Shown piece by piece: positions 1-8,351 of a stretch of DNA of 62,065 bases. Location of the stretch: the NCBI GenBank assembly GCA_046313915.1, contig JBKBXX010000004.1:1-62065 (forward strand). The letters are read 5' to 3'. How positions within the stretch are numbered: position 1 is the stretch's first letter; every line of letters starts with the position of its first letter. The position numbers and the translations under genes are program-made. The stretch is from Burkholderiales bacterium. Its GTDB lineage: Bacteria; Pseudomonadota; Gammaproteobacteria; Burkholderiales; SG8-41. The notes beneath the pieces are model-generated. The model was not told where the DNA came from, ran no database searches, and saw only the letters and a list, made by a program, of their open reading frames with translations.

Positions 1-471
1 CTAGTATTTCACTATCATTTTGTCCATATCTTCCTTGGTGATGGCCGGCACTTTGCCGCGCGCTTGCCAGCGGTTGAGTTTCCAGCCGTCTTTGCCTACC
101 CACTCCTTGAAAAGATTCAGGTTTTTCTGGCGTTCTTCCTCGCTGGCGCCCAGGTTCTGATACATGTTGCCCGGCTTGCCGTCGCTCGTGTTTTTTCCGT
201 CATCGAGCCTTCTCATGAGGGCGCCGGTATCAGGCCAGCCGACGAAAGAAATCAGATCGGCGTAGGTGTCCATTCTCGGCCCTTTGAACATGGCTTCGTA
301 TTTCTTTTTGTTCTCCTCGAAATCGCCTATATAAGGGGAGTCCGCTCCATGACAACCGGAACATTTTTGAAGCCATAGCGGCCGGATATCTTTCCGATAA
401 GTCACATCGGCGGCGATGCCGGTGATCGAAACTCCCAGCATGGCACAAAACGCAAACATGATCCGCAACAT
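1..471 (-). CDS. periplasmic monoheme cytochrome c family protein
   Basis: Signal peptide, single CxxCH (CSGCH), SD-like AAGGAGG upstream; stop at 1-3. Confidence 0.8.
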   Translation of the reverse strand: MLRIMFAFCAMLGVSITGIAADVTYRKDIRPLWLQKCSGCHGADSPYIGDFEENKKKYEAMFKGPRMDTYADLISFVGWPDTGALMRRLDDGKNTSDGKPGNMYQNLGASEEERQKNLNLFKEWVGKDGWKLNRWQARGKVPAITKEDMDKMIVKY

Positions 472-607
472 GATTTGCCTCCTTCCTTGTCAAGAACCTG
501 ATGGGCGAGCACGACGGAATCCGCTTCCAACCTTGTTTCCCGCCGTTACTGTATATACCTGGAGCACGAGCTCACTTGACAGTTTGGCTCCGTAGAGCGG
601 GAGGTTT

Positions 608-621
608 TTGATATAAATCAA
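608..621. promoter_or_regulatory. FNR/CRP-family (FNR-type) box
   Basis: TTGAT-ATAA-ATCAA, exact FNR consensus, intergenic upstream of the cytochrome c gene. Confidence 0.8.
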
Positions 622-676
622 CTTTTCTGGATTTGGCCGGGAATGCCGCACAAAGACGACGCGCAACAGCGCCGCG

Positions 677-1564
677 TCACCTTTGCAAGGTGGTGATGGC
701 TGCAGCGATTTGGGCGCTCAGGTCTATCGCATTGGAGGGATGCGGGACGGTGTTGCAGGTCACAACGCACGCTGCCCCCGCGGCGAGCAGATCTTCATAA
801 GCCCGCCCCGCAAAAATGGCGTGCACGCCGATGCATACGGGCGGCGCCAGCCCGGCGCGTTTCAGGTGTGCCATGGTTTCGATCATGGTCCGGCCGGTGG
901 AAATGATGTCGTCGATCAGCACCGGAGTGTGGGTATGGTATTGAACGGTTTCCGGAAGCGATACTTCGACGTCGCGGTCGCCGCGCCGGATTTTTTCGAG
1001 GACGGTGCAAGGCGCGGTGGTGGCGTCCGCGACTTCGCGGACCCGCTGCATGCTTTCCGCGTCGGGGCCGATCAACCACGGCGAAGAAACATTCTCGATG
1101 ATCCATCGCGCTATGCATGGGGCAGCGCGCACTGCCGTGGTGGGAATCGCATAAAGCTCGCCGAGCGAGCCGTAGCGATGCAGATGCGGGTCCACTGTCA
1201 CCAGCCAGTCGGCGTGGCTGCCGACGAGGCGCGCAAAGCTCTCCGAAGTGATGGCCTCGCCCGGCTGGAAGCGCCGGTCCTGCCGCATGTAGGGGAGATA
1301 GGGAACGACAAGGCCGACGCAAGTCGCGCCGAGTTCCCGGGCGGTAGTGACTGCAAAACAGACCTGCAGGAATTTCGTGTCGGGGTCTCGCATATTACAT
1401 ACGAGAACGACAGTATGGCCGGCAACCGGCGTATCGAGCCGCACGTAGCTTTCGCCGTCCGGGAAACGGCGCACGGTGAGTTGGCCGAGTTCGCCGCCCA
1501 GTCTTGCTGCCAGGGCGGCGCAGAGTTTGTCCTGGCCGTGCAGCGCAAAGAAAACGGGCCTCAG
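677..1564 (-). CDS. ribose-phosphate pyrophosphokinase-like protein
   Basis: RRFPDGESYVR, PYLPYMRQD, VDPHLHR, LIDDIISTGRT PRPP motif; probable CTG start overlapping the upstream TGA. Confidence 0.85.
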   Translation of the reverse strand: MRPVFFALHGQDKLCAALAARLGGELGQLTVRRFPDGESYVRLDTPVAGHTVVLVCNMRDPDTKFLQVCFAVTTARELGATCVGLVVPYLPYMRQDRRFQPGEAITSESFARLVGSHADWLVTVDPHLHRYGSLGELYAIPTTAVRAAPCIARWIIENVSSPWLIGPDAESMQRVREVADATTAPCTVLEKIRRGDRDVEVSLPETVQYHTHTPVLIDDIISTGRTMIETMAHLKRAGLAPPVCIGVHAIFAGRAYEDLLAAGAACVVTCNTVPHPSNAIDLSAQIAAAITTLQR

Positions 1565-3090
1565 GACTCGTCTCCCAGTACGATGATGTCTTTCTGAGAG
1601 GCGAGGTATTCCCTGGCGTAGGCGAGTTCGCCGGGGGCTTCGGCGTGGATGGTGAAAAGCGGTTGACCGGTTTCGATGTTGTTGCCGAGCGGCGTGAAAA
1701 AATCGAGCCCCGCCGCAGGCGCAGTGGGCGCGCCGGCAAGCTTGGCAATGCGTGCGAGCCGCCGGTTGTCGATGGCGGTCACGCGCCCCGCGCGCGGTGC
1801 GGTCACGGTATGGGTATGCCGCGAGCGGGGCGGCTCGCGCATGCCGCCCTGCGCTTCGCAGATGGCCTGGAATTTTCGCCACGCGCGTCCGTCGCTCAGG
1901 ATGGCATGCGCCAGATCGTAACCGGTGCCGGTCGGGACGTTCGCAGCGAGCTCGATGATCTCGCCGGCGAGCACGAGCGAACGCTCGCGCAGATCCTGCG
2001 GTGCGCCGGGGTCACCGCGCAGCACCGCGAGCGCGTCGCGCGCTTCGAGCGCCGGGCCGATGCCGCGCCCCACCGGCTGCGAGCCGTCGGTGAGCGCCAC
2101 ACACACGTTCATGCCGAAAGCGCGACCGACCGCGATCAACTCCTCGGAGAGCTGGCGCGCTGCTTCCCGCGAGCGTACTTTGGCGGTGGGGCCGACCGGG
2201 ATGTCGATCACCACGTGCGAGGAGCCGGCGGATATTTTTTTCGAGAGTACCGAGGCGACCATCTGGCCGGCGCTGTCCATTTCCAGCGGACGTTCGACGC
2301 GGATCAGGATGTCGTCGGCCGGGCTCAGTCTGACCGCGCCGCCCCAGACGATGCATCCGCCTGTCTGCTCGACGACCTTGCGGATGGTACGGATATCGAG
2401 ATTGACGGGCGCCAGCATTTCCATGGTGTCGGCGGTGCCTGCCGGCGAGGTGATGGCGCGCGACGACGTTTTGGGGATGGTCAGGCCGTATGCCGCGACA
2501 ATGGGTACCACCAGCAGCGTGGTGCGGTTGCCCGGCAGCCCGCCGATGCAGTGTTTGTCGACGACCGGCGCTACCGGCCAGCTCATGCGCTCGCCGACCT
2601 CGACCATGGCGCGCGTGAGGGCGATGGTTTCTCCGGTGTCGAGATGATTTCCGGCGCACGCGGTGACGAAAGCCGACAGATGCAGCTCCGAATACCGTCC
2701 CGCCACGATGTCGCGCACGATGGCCGACATCTGCTGGTCCCCGAGGCGCTGGCCGAAGACCTTGGCGCGCACGTGGCTCAGGGATTCCAGCGGTTCCGGG
2801 TGCGAGAATTCGGCGTGATCGCCTTCATGTGCCTGCAACAGGCGCCACGCCGCGTCGGACAGACCGGCTTCATCGGGGGAGAGCAGCCGCTCGTCGGTGA
2901 CGACATTGAGCGTGCCGATGATGGTGTTGCCGCGCGAGGTGACGAGCACGCGCGACTGCGCTTCGAAACCCTCGGAGCGGCAGATATGGCAGTCGGCGCG
3001 CATGTAGATCACGGGCTCCTGGTGCGTGTCTATCCCCATGCGTCGCAGGCGTAGCGCATGGAGATTGAAAACGGCGGGTACGGACGGCAT
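1561..3090 (-). CDS. thymidine phosphorylase family protein (AMP phosphorylase-like)
   Basis: DKHCIGGLPGNRTT, KTSSRAITSPAGTADTME motifs plus N-terminal extra domain typical of the AMP-phosphorylase-like subfamily. Confidence 0.9.
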   Translation of the reverse strand: MPSVPAVFNLHALRLRRMGIDTHQEPVIYMRADCHICRSEGFEAQSRVLVTSRGNTIIGTLNVVTDERLLSPDEAGLSDAAWRLLQAHEGDHAEFSHPEPLESLSHVRAKVFGQRLGDQQMSAIVRDIVAGRYSELHLSAFVTACAGNHLDTGETIALTRAMVEVGERMSWPVAPVVDKHCIGGLPGNRTTLLVVPIVAAYGLTIPKTSSRAITSPAGTADTMEMLAPVNLDIRTIRKVVEQTGGCIVWGGAVRLSPADDILIRVERPLEMDSAGQMVASVLSKKISAGSSHVVIDIPVGPTAKVRSREAARQLSEELIAVGRAFGMNVCVALTDGSQPVGRGIGPALEARDALAVLRGDPGAPQDLRERSLVLAGEIIELAANVPTGTGYDLAHAILSDGRAWRKFQAICEAQGGMREPPRSRHTHTVTAPRAGRVTAIDNRRLARIAKLAGAPTAPAAGLDFFTPLGNNIETGQPLFTIHAEAPGELAYAREYLASQKDIIVLGDES

Positions 3091-3230
3091 GAGAGCCCCG
3101 GTGGTTGGGTTCGATGCGATTATGCCATTCCCGCCGGACCGGCACATGGCCGGGCGCCGCATGGCAGCGTGCAATGGTTTTCTCGGGCGCCACCGCGGCC
3201 GGTATTACGGCTTTCCCGCCACGCAGGACA

Positions 3231-3476
3231 TCAGGTTTCGAGGTCGCGTTTTTTCTGCTCGTATTCTTCCTTGCCGATTTCACCTCGGGCATAGCGTTCC
3301 TTGAGGATTTCGAGAGCGCGGTCTGTGGTTTCGCGCCCGCTGCGCAAAGAACCTCCGATCAGCAGTCTGAATAGCACGACGATGCCCAGGATCAGCAGTA
3401 CCCACCACAGAACCATGTGCAATCCGCTGAGTATTCCCCAGCCGCCACCCCAGCCCATTCCCATATCACCCCACAT
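3231..3476 (-). CDS. SHOCT domain membrane protein
   Basis: Met/Gly-rich N-terminus, TM helix, ALEILKERYARGEIGKEEYEQKK. Confidence 0.85.
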   Translation of the reverse strand: MWGDMGMGWGGGWGILSGLHMVLWWVLLILGIVVLFRLLIGGSLRSGRETTDRALEILKERYARGEIGKEEYEQKKRDLET

Positions 3477-3567
3477 GATGTTTCTCCTTGCTGGTCGTCA
3501 ATAAACCGGTTCCATCATGCACTTGTCGGTGCCGCAGTCGGCCGCCTCGCAGGCAACGCGACCTGTT

Positions 3568-4114
3568 TCATCTTCTCCTGCATCGCGTGCCCATTCGAAG
3601 CCGTGGCAGAAAGCGCGGAAAGAACGCCGGCGTGCGCTCGGCATAGCGGATGTATTTGTTACCGAATTCGGCGGTAGCCTCGCGTTCCTCCCGTCGCGCC
3701 AAATGCACGACATCATTATCAGGACGGGAAACATTAGCAAGGTCACGAGTGTCGGCCATTGCAGGAGGAAGCCAACCATGATGAGGATGAAAGCAGCATA
3801 TTGGGGATGCCTGATGTGCTGATGAGGTCCCGTCGTGGCGAGCTGGTACTGGCGCTGTGCCGCGTAAAGGACTTTCCAGGCCACGGACCACAGGAAGAAG
3901 CCGCCGATGATGAGGATGTTGCTCCGGATATGGAACGGCCCAAAATGCGGGTTGGTACGCCAGCCGAACAAGACTTCGAGCAGATGTCCGGCATCATGAC
4001 TCATGAAATCGATGCCGGGGTAGCGGCTTCCCAGCCAGCCCGAGAGCAGGTAGATGGTGAGAGGGAAGCCGTACATTTCGGTGAACAGCGCGACAAGGAA
4101 AGCGGAGAAGGCGC
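3568..4114 (-). pseudogene. isoprenylcysteine carboxylmethyltransferase-family pseudogene (5'-truncated, frameshifted)
   Basis: Paralog of 5869-6531; 5' end replaced by IS fragment; 1-nt loss near 3710 (ATG-TC-GTG) splits the frame. Confidence 0.85.
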
Positions 4115-4281
4115 AATCGACTCAATCGACTCAATCGCCGCCCACAGCGAGGGATACTCGCCACGCTGTTCGAGCACCATGTGCACCGCGCGTTCGCCTA
4201 TTTCGGGGGAATACTGGTTTGATTTGTTCACGGCTCCATTCTCTCAAGTCTTGGAGCCTCCTCAAAATCCGGGGCGATTCA
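4111..4281 (-). mobile_element. IS3-family (IS51/IS401-like) remnant: left inverted repeat plus first ~40 codons of orfA
   Basis: Starts TGAATCGCCCCGG at 4281; [38 protein letters not shown] is a typical IS3 OrfA N-terminus; no orfB or right end. Confidence 0.85.
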
Positions 4282-4356
4282 GCCTGTCGCCAAAGCATCG
4301 ATCGACAGCGATCCATTATATGTGTCCCGGCGAATGAAGCCAAGTCCGACAGGCTG

Positions 4357-5490
4357 CTAGACGGCGCCGCCACAGCGGCACCATACGCACGTGCAGTCGA
4401 TATGATTGCACGTGACATCGCGCCGCCGCGACTGGACGCGAAAATGCGCCCATGGATACAGCAATCGATTGACGAGGGTAGGGTGATAATACCGGCGCAA
4501 TAAGCCCCGCACATCGGCGCTGCCGGATGCCCAGCGCAAGAACCACCTGTATCCCCTGTTGCCCAGTGCGCCGTAGACGGCGCGATTGACCAGTGCGGTA
4601 CGCAATAGCGGGTCCAGTTCTCTGCGCCACCGCGCGTCGTAGTTGTCGCTGTCGATCAAGCTGCGCGCCGCCAGAACCCCGGAAGCAATTGCGAAGCGCA
4701 TGCCAAAACCCCACAGCATATCCTGGAATCCTGCCTGTTCGCCAACGATCGGATGAATCCCCGAATACGCGGATGCCGGTATTCGAAAGTTTCCAGCGCC
4801 GCCATGGGGCTGCGGATTTTTCATGTCCAGCCCCACAAGCTGACAGAAACGCTCGACCGTGCGGGTGACATACTCGCTCTCCCGCTTGAATCCGGAAAAC
4901 ATGCAGCTTTTTACCGTCCCGCGGCCATTTGTTATCAGCAGGTAGGCATAGCCTTGCGGGGCGAGATCGTCATCGCAGATGACCCACCAGCCATCAGGCA
5001 TGGCAGTCTCGAAGTGGAAACCCACAGCGATGGCGTCGGCCGCCCTGGGGCCTGCGGCGAGTATTCCAGAACCTTCGAGCTGCTTCACTCTGCTGTTGAA
5101 GCAAATCTCGACGCCCAATTCCCGGGCCTGGGCCAGAAGCGCGGAGTCGAGCGTGCCAGCACCCGGGCCGCGCTCAACGAGGTAGAAGAGCGGGTTGTCG
5201 CTGTGTATTTCGTATCGATTTCCCCATGTGTCAAAAGCGATGCCCTCTCGACAAGGGATCGCGGCAAAATTGCACGCGATCCCTTGTTCACGCAAATCGT
5301 CGAGGACATCATGCTCGGTGGTCCAGTTTTCGAGACCCTGATGATCGCCCTGAAAGCGGGAACCCACTTCCGCAGCAACTTCATGGACCACGACCGGCCG
5401 TCCGGCGCGCGCCAAGGTGATGGCCGCGGCGAGTCCGGCGGGGCCCGCCCCGACGATCTGAAACTTTTTGTGACTGACGGAGCTGCTCAC
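4357..5490 (-). CDS. FAD-dependent oxidoreductase (geranylgeranyl reductase-like) with Cys-rich C-terminus
   Basis: GAGPAGLAAA Rossmann motif, GYAYL, VGEQAGFQD; tail CNHIDCTCVWCRC. Confidence 0.8.
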   Translation of the reverse strand: MSSSVSHKKFQIVGAGPAGLAAAITLARAGRPVVVHEVAAEVGSRFQGDHQGLENWTTEHDVLDDLREQGIACNFAAIPCREGIAFDTWGNRYEIHSDNPLFYLVERGPGAGTLDSALLAQARELGVEICFNSRVKQLEGSGILAAGPRAADAIAVGFHFETAMPDGWWVICDDDLAPQGYAYLLITNGRGTVKSCMFSGFKRESEYVTRTVERFCQLVGLDMKNPQPHGGAGNFRIPASAYSGIHPIVGEQAGFQDMLWGFGMRFAIASGVLAARSLIDSDNYDARWRRELDPLLRTALVNRAVYGALGNRGYRWFLRWASGSADVRGLLRRYYHPTLVNRLLYPWAHFRVQSRRRDVTCNHIDCTCVWCRCGGAV

Positions 5491-5868
5491 TTGTCGGTTG
5501 CAGTTTAGGTCGTATCAGACTGCCGTTACGGTTGCGCCCGCATGGCAGTGTTCGAATGGATCGAGGGCTGGTATAACCCCATCGTCGCCATTTGTTCCTG
5601 GGCTACTTGTCACCCGTCAACTACGAGAGGAAATGATTGAGCCGCGAAACTGCAATCGTTCAGGCAACCAACCGTCGACGAAAGCGGGGCAAGTCCAGAT
5701 ACGTTTCATGATGTGCTCCTTTGCGTCTGTTTGGAAGGAACGTCTAAAAACGTGGGAGCCATGCGATTAAAGCGCGACAAAGGTGTTTGCTGCACTCAAA
5801 GAGCTAAAGGCCGGGCTTTTGTTGAACCGCCAGTTGTTCCAGTATGATCTGCATCATGCTCATCAATT

Positions 5869-6531
5869 TTACGTGGTCCCGTTTTCCGGTCTGGACAAGG
5901 TCAAACGCGGAATAAATGCCGGCACCCTTACAGCGTAGCGGCGATATTCGTCGCCGAACTCGGCGATGGCATCGTGCTCCTCCCGCCGCGCTAAAAAGAC
6001 ATACATCGTCACCAATACCGGAAACATTGCCAGTGTGACGATGGTCGGCCACTGAAACAAAAATCCTGTCATGATCAGAATAAAGCCGATGTATTGGGGA
6101 TGCCGCACTCGCGCGTAAGGTCCCGTCGTGGCAAGCCGGTGCTCGCGCTGCGCCGCATAGAGGACTTTCCATGCCGCGGACAACAGAACAAAGCCGCCGA
6201 TGATCAGGAAACTGCTCAGAATATGAAACGGTCCGAAATGCGGGTTGGTGCGCCAGCCGAACATCACTTCCAGCAAGTGGCCGGAATCGTGCGCCAGGAA
6301 ATCGATCCCCGGGAATTTGCTCGTGAGCCAGCCGGACAGCAGGTAGATGGTGAGTGGAAAGCCGTACATTTCGGTAAACAGCGCAACGAGAAACGCGGAA
6401 AACGCGCCGAACGAACGCCAGTCACGTGGACTTTGCGGCTTCGCAAAGCTGAATGCAAAAATTATAAAAATCAATGAGTTAATAATGACGAGCAACCACA
6501 GCCCGTAGGCCGAATCCTGGGGTTGGTTCAT
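5869..6531 (-). CDS. isoprenylcysteine carboxylmethyltransferase (ICMT/PEMT) family membrane protein
   Basis: [12 protein letters not shown] motif, [11 protein letters not shown], multiple TMs; follows DUF2933 as usual in Cu-ATPase clusters. Confidence 0.9.
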   Translation of the reverse strand: MNQPQDSAYGLWLLVIINSLIFIIFAFSFAKPQSPRDWRSFGAFSAFLVALFTEMYGFPLTIYLLSGWLTSKFPGIDFLAHDSGHLLEVMFGWRTNPHFGPFHILSSFLIIGGFVLLSAAWKVLYAAQREHRLATTGPYARVRHPQYIGFILIMTGFLFQWPTIVTLAMFPVLVTMYVFLARREEHDAIAEFGDEYRRYAVRVPAFIPRLTLSRPENGTT

Positions 6532-6821
6532 TTTTTTTCTCCCTCACGCTGGGCGTCCGGCCGCGTGCCGCCGCCCTTGTGGTGGCTATCGTGTCCGCCA
6601 TTTCCGCCGTGCCCTCCGTGTCCGCCGTGCATGAACATATGCAGCAACGGGCAGGCGAGCAGCAGCAGGTACGGCAGGTAGTAAAGCAGCCCGGAGAGAT
6701 GCGCCTGGTGTTCCATGAGCAGAAAATAGACGGCGATGGCGAGAAATGCCATGAATACCCATTTGGTTTTGGCGTGGACGTTGTTGCCGTCATTTTGTTG
6801 CTGTTCATGTTCGTGATTCAT
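6528..6821 (-). CDS. DUF2933 domain membrane protein
   Basis: EH..H...[23 protein letters not shown]. Confidence 0.9.
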   Translation of the reverse strand: MNHEHEQQQNDGNNVHAKTKWVFMAFLAIAVYFLLMEHQAHLSGLLYYLPYLLLLACPLLHMFMHGGHGGHGGNGGHDSHHKGGGTRPDAQREGEKK

Positions 6822-6887
6822 GATCGGGTTCTCGATGAGTTGTCCGGCGACACAACGCCGCCAGATGAAATGTTCATACAAGCGGCC

Positions 6888-7676
6888 TCATTTCCCCCTC
6901 TTCGCTTCAATTTTTTCCCCGGCCCCGCTTTTTCTGAGTAGGTAAAAGGCGATAATGGAGGTCAAAATCAACACCACGCTGAAAATCTGCGCAGCGGGTA
7001 TGTCCCAGGCAAAGATCGCCGGCTGACCACGGAAAAATTCAACCGAGAAACGCGCAACGCCGTAGCCGGCCACAGCAGTGAAAAAGCTGAAACCTTCCGA
7101 CCGATACATTTTTCTCGTGAGCCAGACGAGCAGAAAAACCAGAAAATAGGCAATGATTTCGTAGACCTCTATGGGGTGAAGCGGTATGTTGAGTGGCGCC
7201 ATGGCGCGGGGATCGGTAAAGATGATCGCCCAGGGAAGGTCCGTCGGTTTGCCGTAGCTATCACCATTTAACAGGCAGGCAAACATTCCCATAGTCTGAC
7301 CCAGGGCTAGACCTGGAGCCAGGGTATCGGCGAATCGCCCAAAGGATATTTTATTTCTCCGGCAGTACCATAGCGCAGTCAGGAATCCGCCCAGAAAAGC
7401 CCCGATAATCCCTATGCCCCCACGCCATACCGCAAAGATTTCCCATGGATTCTGCAAAAAATAGGCCGGCTTGGAAAAGAGAACAAAATAGATTCTGGCT
7501 CCGATAATCCCGCCTAAAAGCGCGTAAAGGGCAAAGTCCTGAATGATGCGCGGATCCAGCCCCTTCCTTTTCGCTTCACTTGTGCTTAACCAGAGGCCAA
7601 TGAAAAAAGATAGGGCGACAACGATCCCATAAGTATGGATTTGATAATTTCCGAGCTGAAAAAGAACGGGATACAT
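6888..7676 (-). CDS. lgt: prolipoprotein diacylglyceryl transferase (atypical accessory paralog)
   Basis: YG, GARIYFV, HP..YE, RF..EFFR motifs; signature region divergent. Confidence 0.85.
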   Translation of the reverse strand: MYPVLFQLGNYQIHTYGIVVALSFFIGLWLSTSEAKRKGLDPRIIQDFALYALLGGIIGARIYFVLFSKPAYFLQNPWEIFAVWRGGIGIIGAFLGGFLTALWYCRRNKISFGRFADTLAPGLALGQTMGMFACLLNGDSYGKPTDLPWAIIFTDPRAMAPLNIPLHPIEVYEIIAYFLVFLLVWLTRKMYRSEGFSFFTAVAGYGVARFSVEFFRGQPAIFAWDIPAAQIFSVVLILTSIIAFYLLRKSGAGEKIEAKRGK

Positions 7677-7744
7677 ATGCTTTTCCCCTCAAATTCTCAG
7701 TGGCGAGCGCCAGTGCAATGCGGTCATGATTGAAACCTGAGCTT

Positions 7745-8257
7745 CTATGACTGCGGTTTTCCAGTCACAACCGCATGCCGGTAGTCGAATGCAACCTTCA
7801 CGGCCTCGCGCGTACCCTGCCGGCGGATCTTCACTTCTACCCGGTACGGTGCCGGTGCGGGCATGTTGAAGTAATTGCCGTAAACCGTGCCGGCGGCGAC
7901 CTGCATCGGATCGAGTTTTTTTTCGGGCCCCGACACGCGCCTGCCGGGTAAGGTCGCATTGAAAACCGCGGCGCTGATCTCCGCGTCGGTAATGCGAGCA
8001 CTACTCTCGTTGTCGAATATCGCCACGATCACGTGGTATTGCGAACCCCAGGTCGGGCCGCTGCCGTGCGTCTTGGAGGGCTCACCCCCCGGCCGATGCT
8101 GCATCGTCATTCCGGCTGGCAGAACCCTGATATAGACCGCCAGACCATTCGCCAGCTGGTACTGCGGTTTTTCCGCGGCCCATGACATGTTTGCGAGCAT
8201 CAGCCCCATTGCGATGCCCACGACAGCCACAAGGCGCTTTGCAAGATATGTGCTCAT
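7745..8257 (-). CDS. exported hypothetical protein, possible metal-binding (P19-like fold)
   Basis: Signal peptide, YHVIVAIFD, LDPM...YGNYFNMP..PYRVEV. Confidence 0.65.
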   Translation of the reverse strand: MSTYLAKRLVAVVGIAMGLMLANMSWAAEKPQYQLANGLAVYIRVLPAGMTMQHRPGGEPSKTHGSGPTWGSQYHVIVAIFDNESSARITDAEISAAVFNATLPGRRVSGPEKKLDPMQVAAGTVYGNYFNMPAPAPYRVEVKIRRQGTREAVKVAFDYRHAVVTGKPQS

Positions 8258-8351
8258 GTTCAGATCATGTCTCCATGTGTCGCTGATTTCATCCACGTCG
8301 CATGCTCATCCCGGTCCAGAACGGGCCGAAACCGAAGCCGAACCGGTCTCA

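Noticed and set aside
549..564. CTGTATATA resembling a LexA half-site
   Set aside because: Second half-site (CAG at the correct spacing) is missing
1504..3054. Long + strand ORFs (also 8547-10211, 19682-21055, 42005-44095) and similar antisense frames elsewhere
   Set aside because: Antisense shadows of well-supported genes in high-GC DNA; no motifs
5617..5709. 30-aa ORF with a good AAGGAG SD
   Set aside because: No recognisable motif; may be a decayed gene start but cannot be supported
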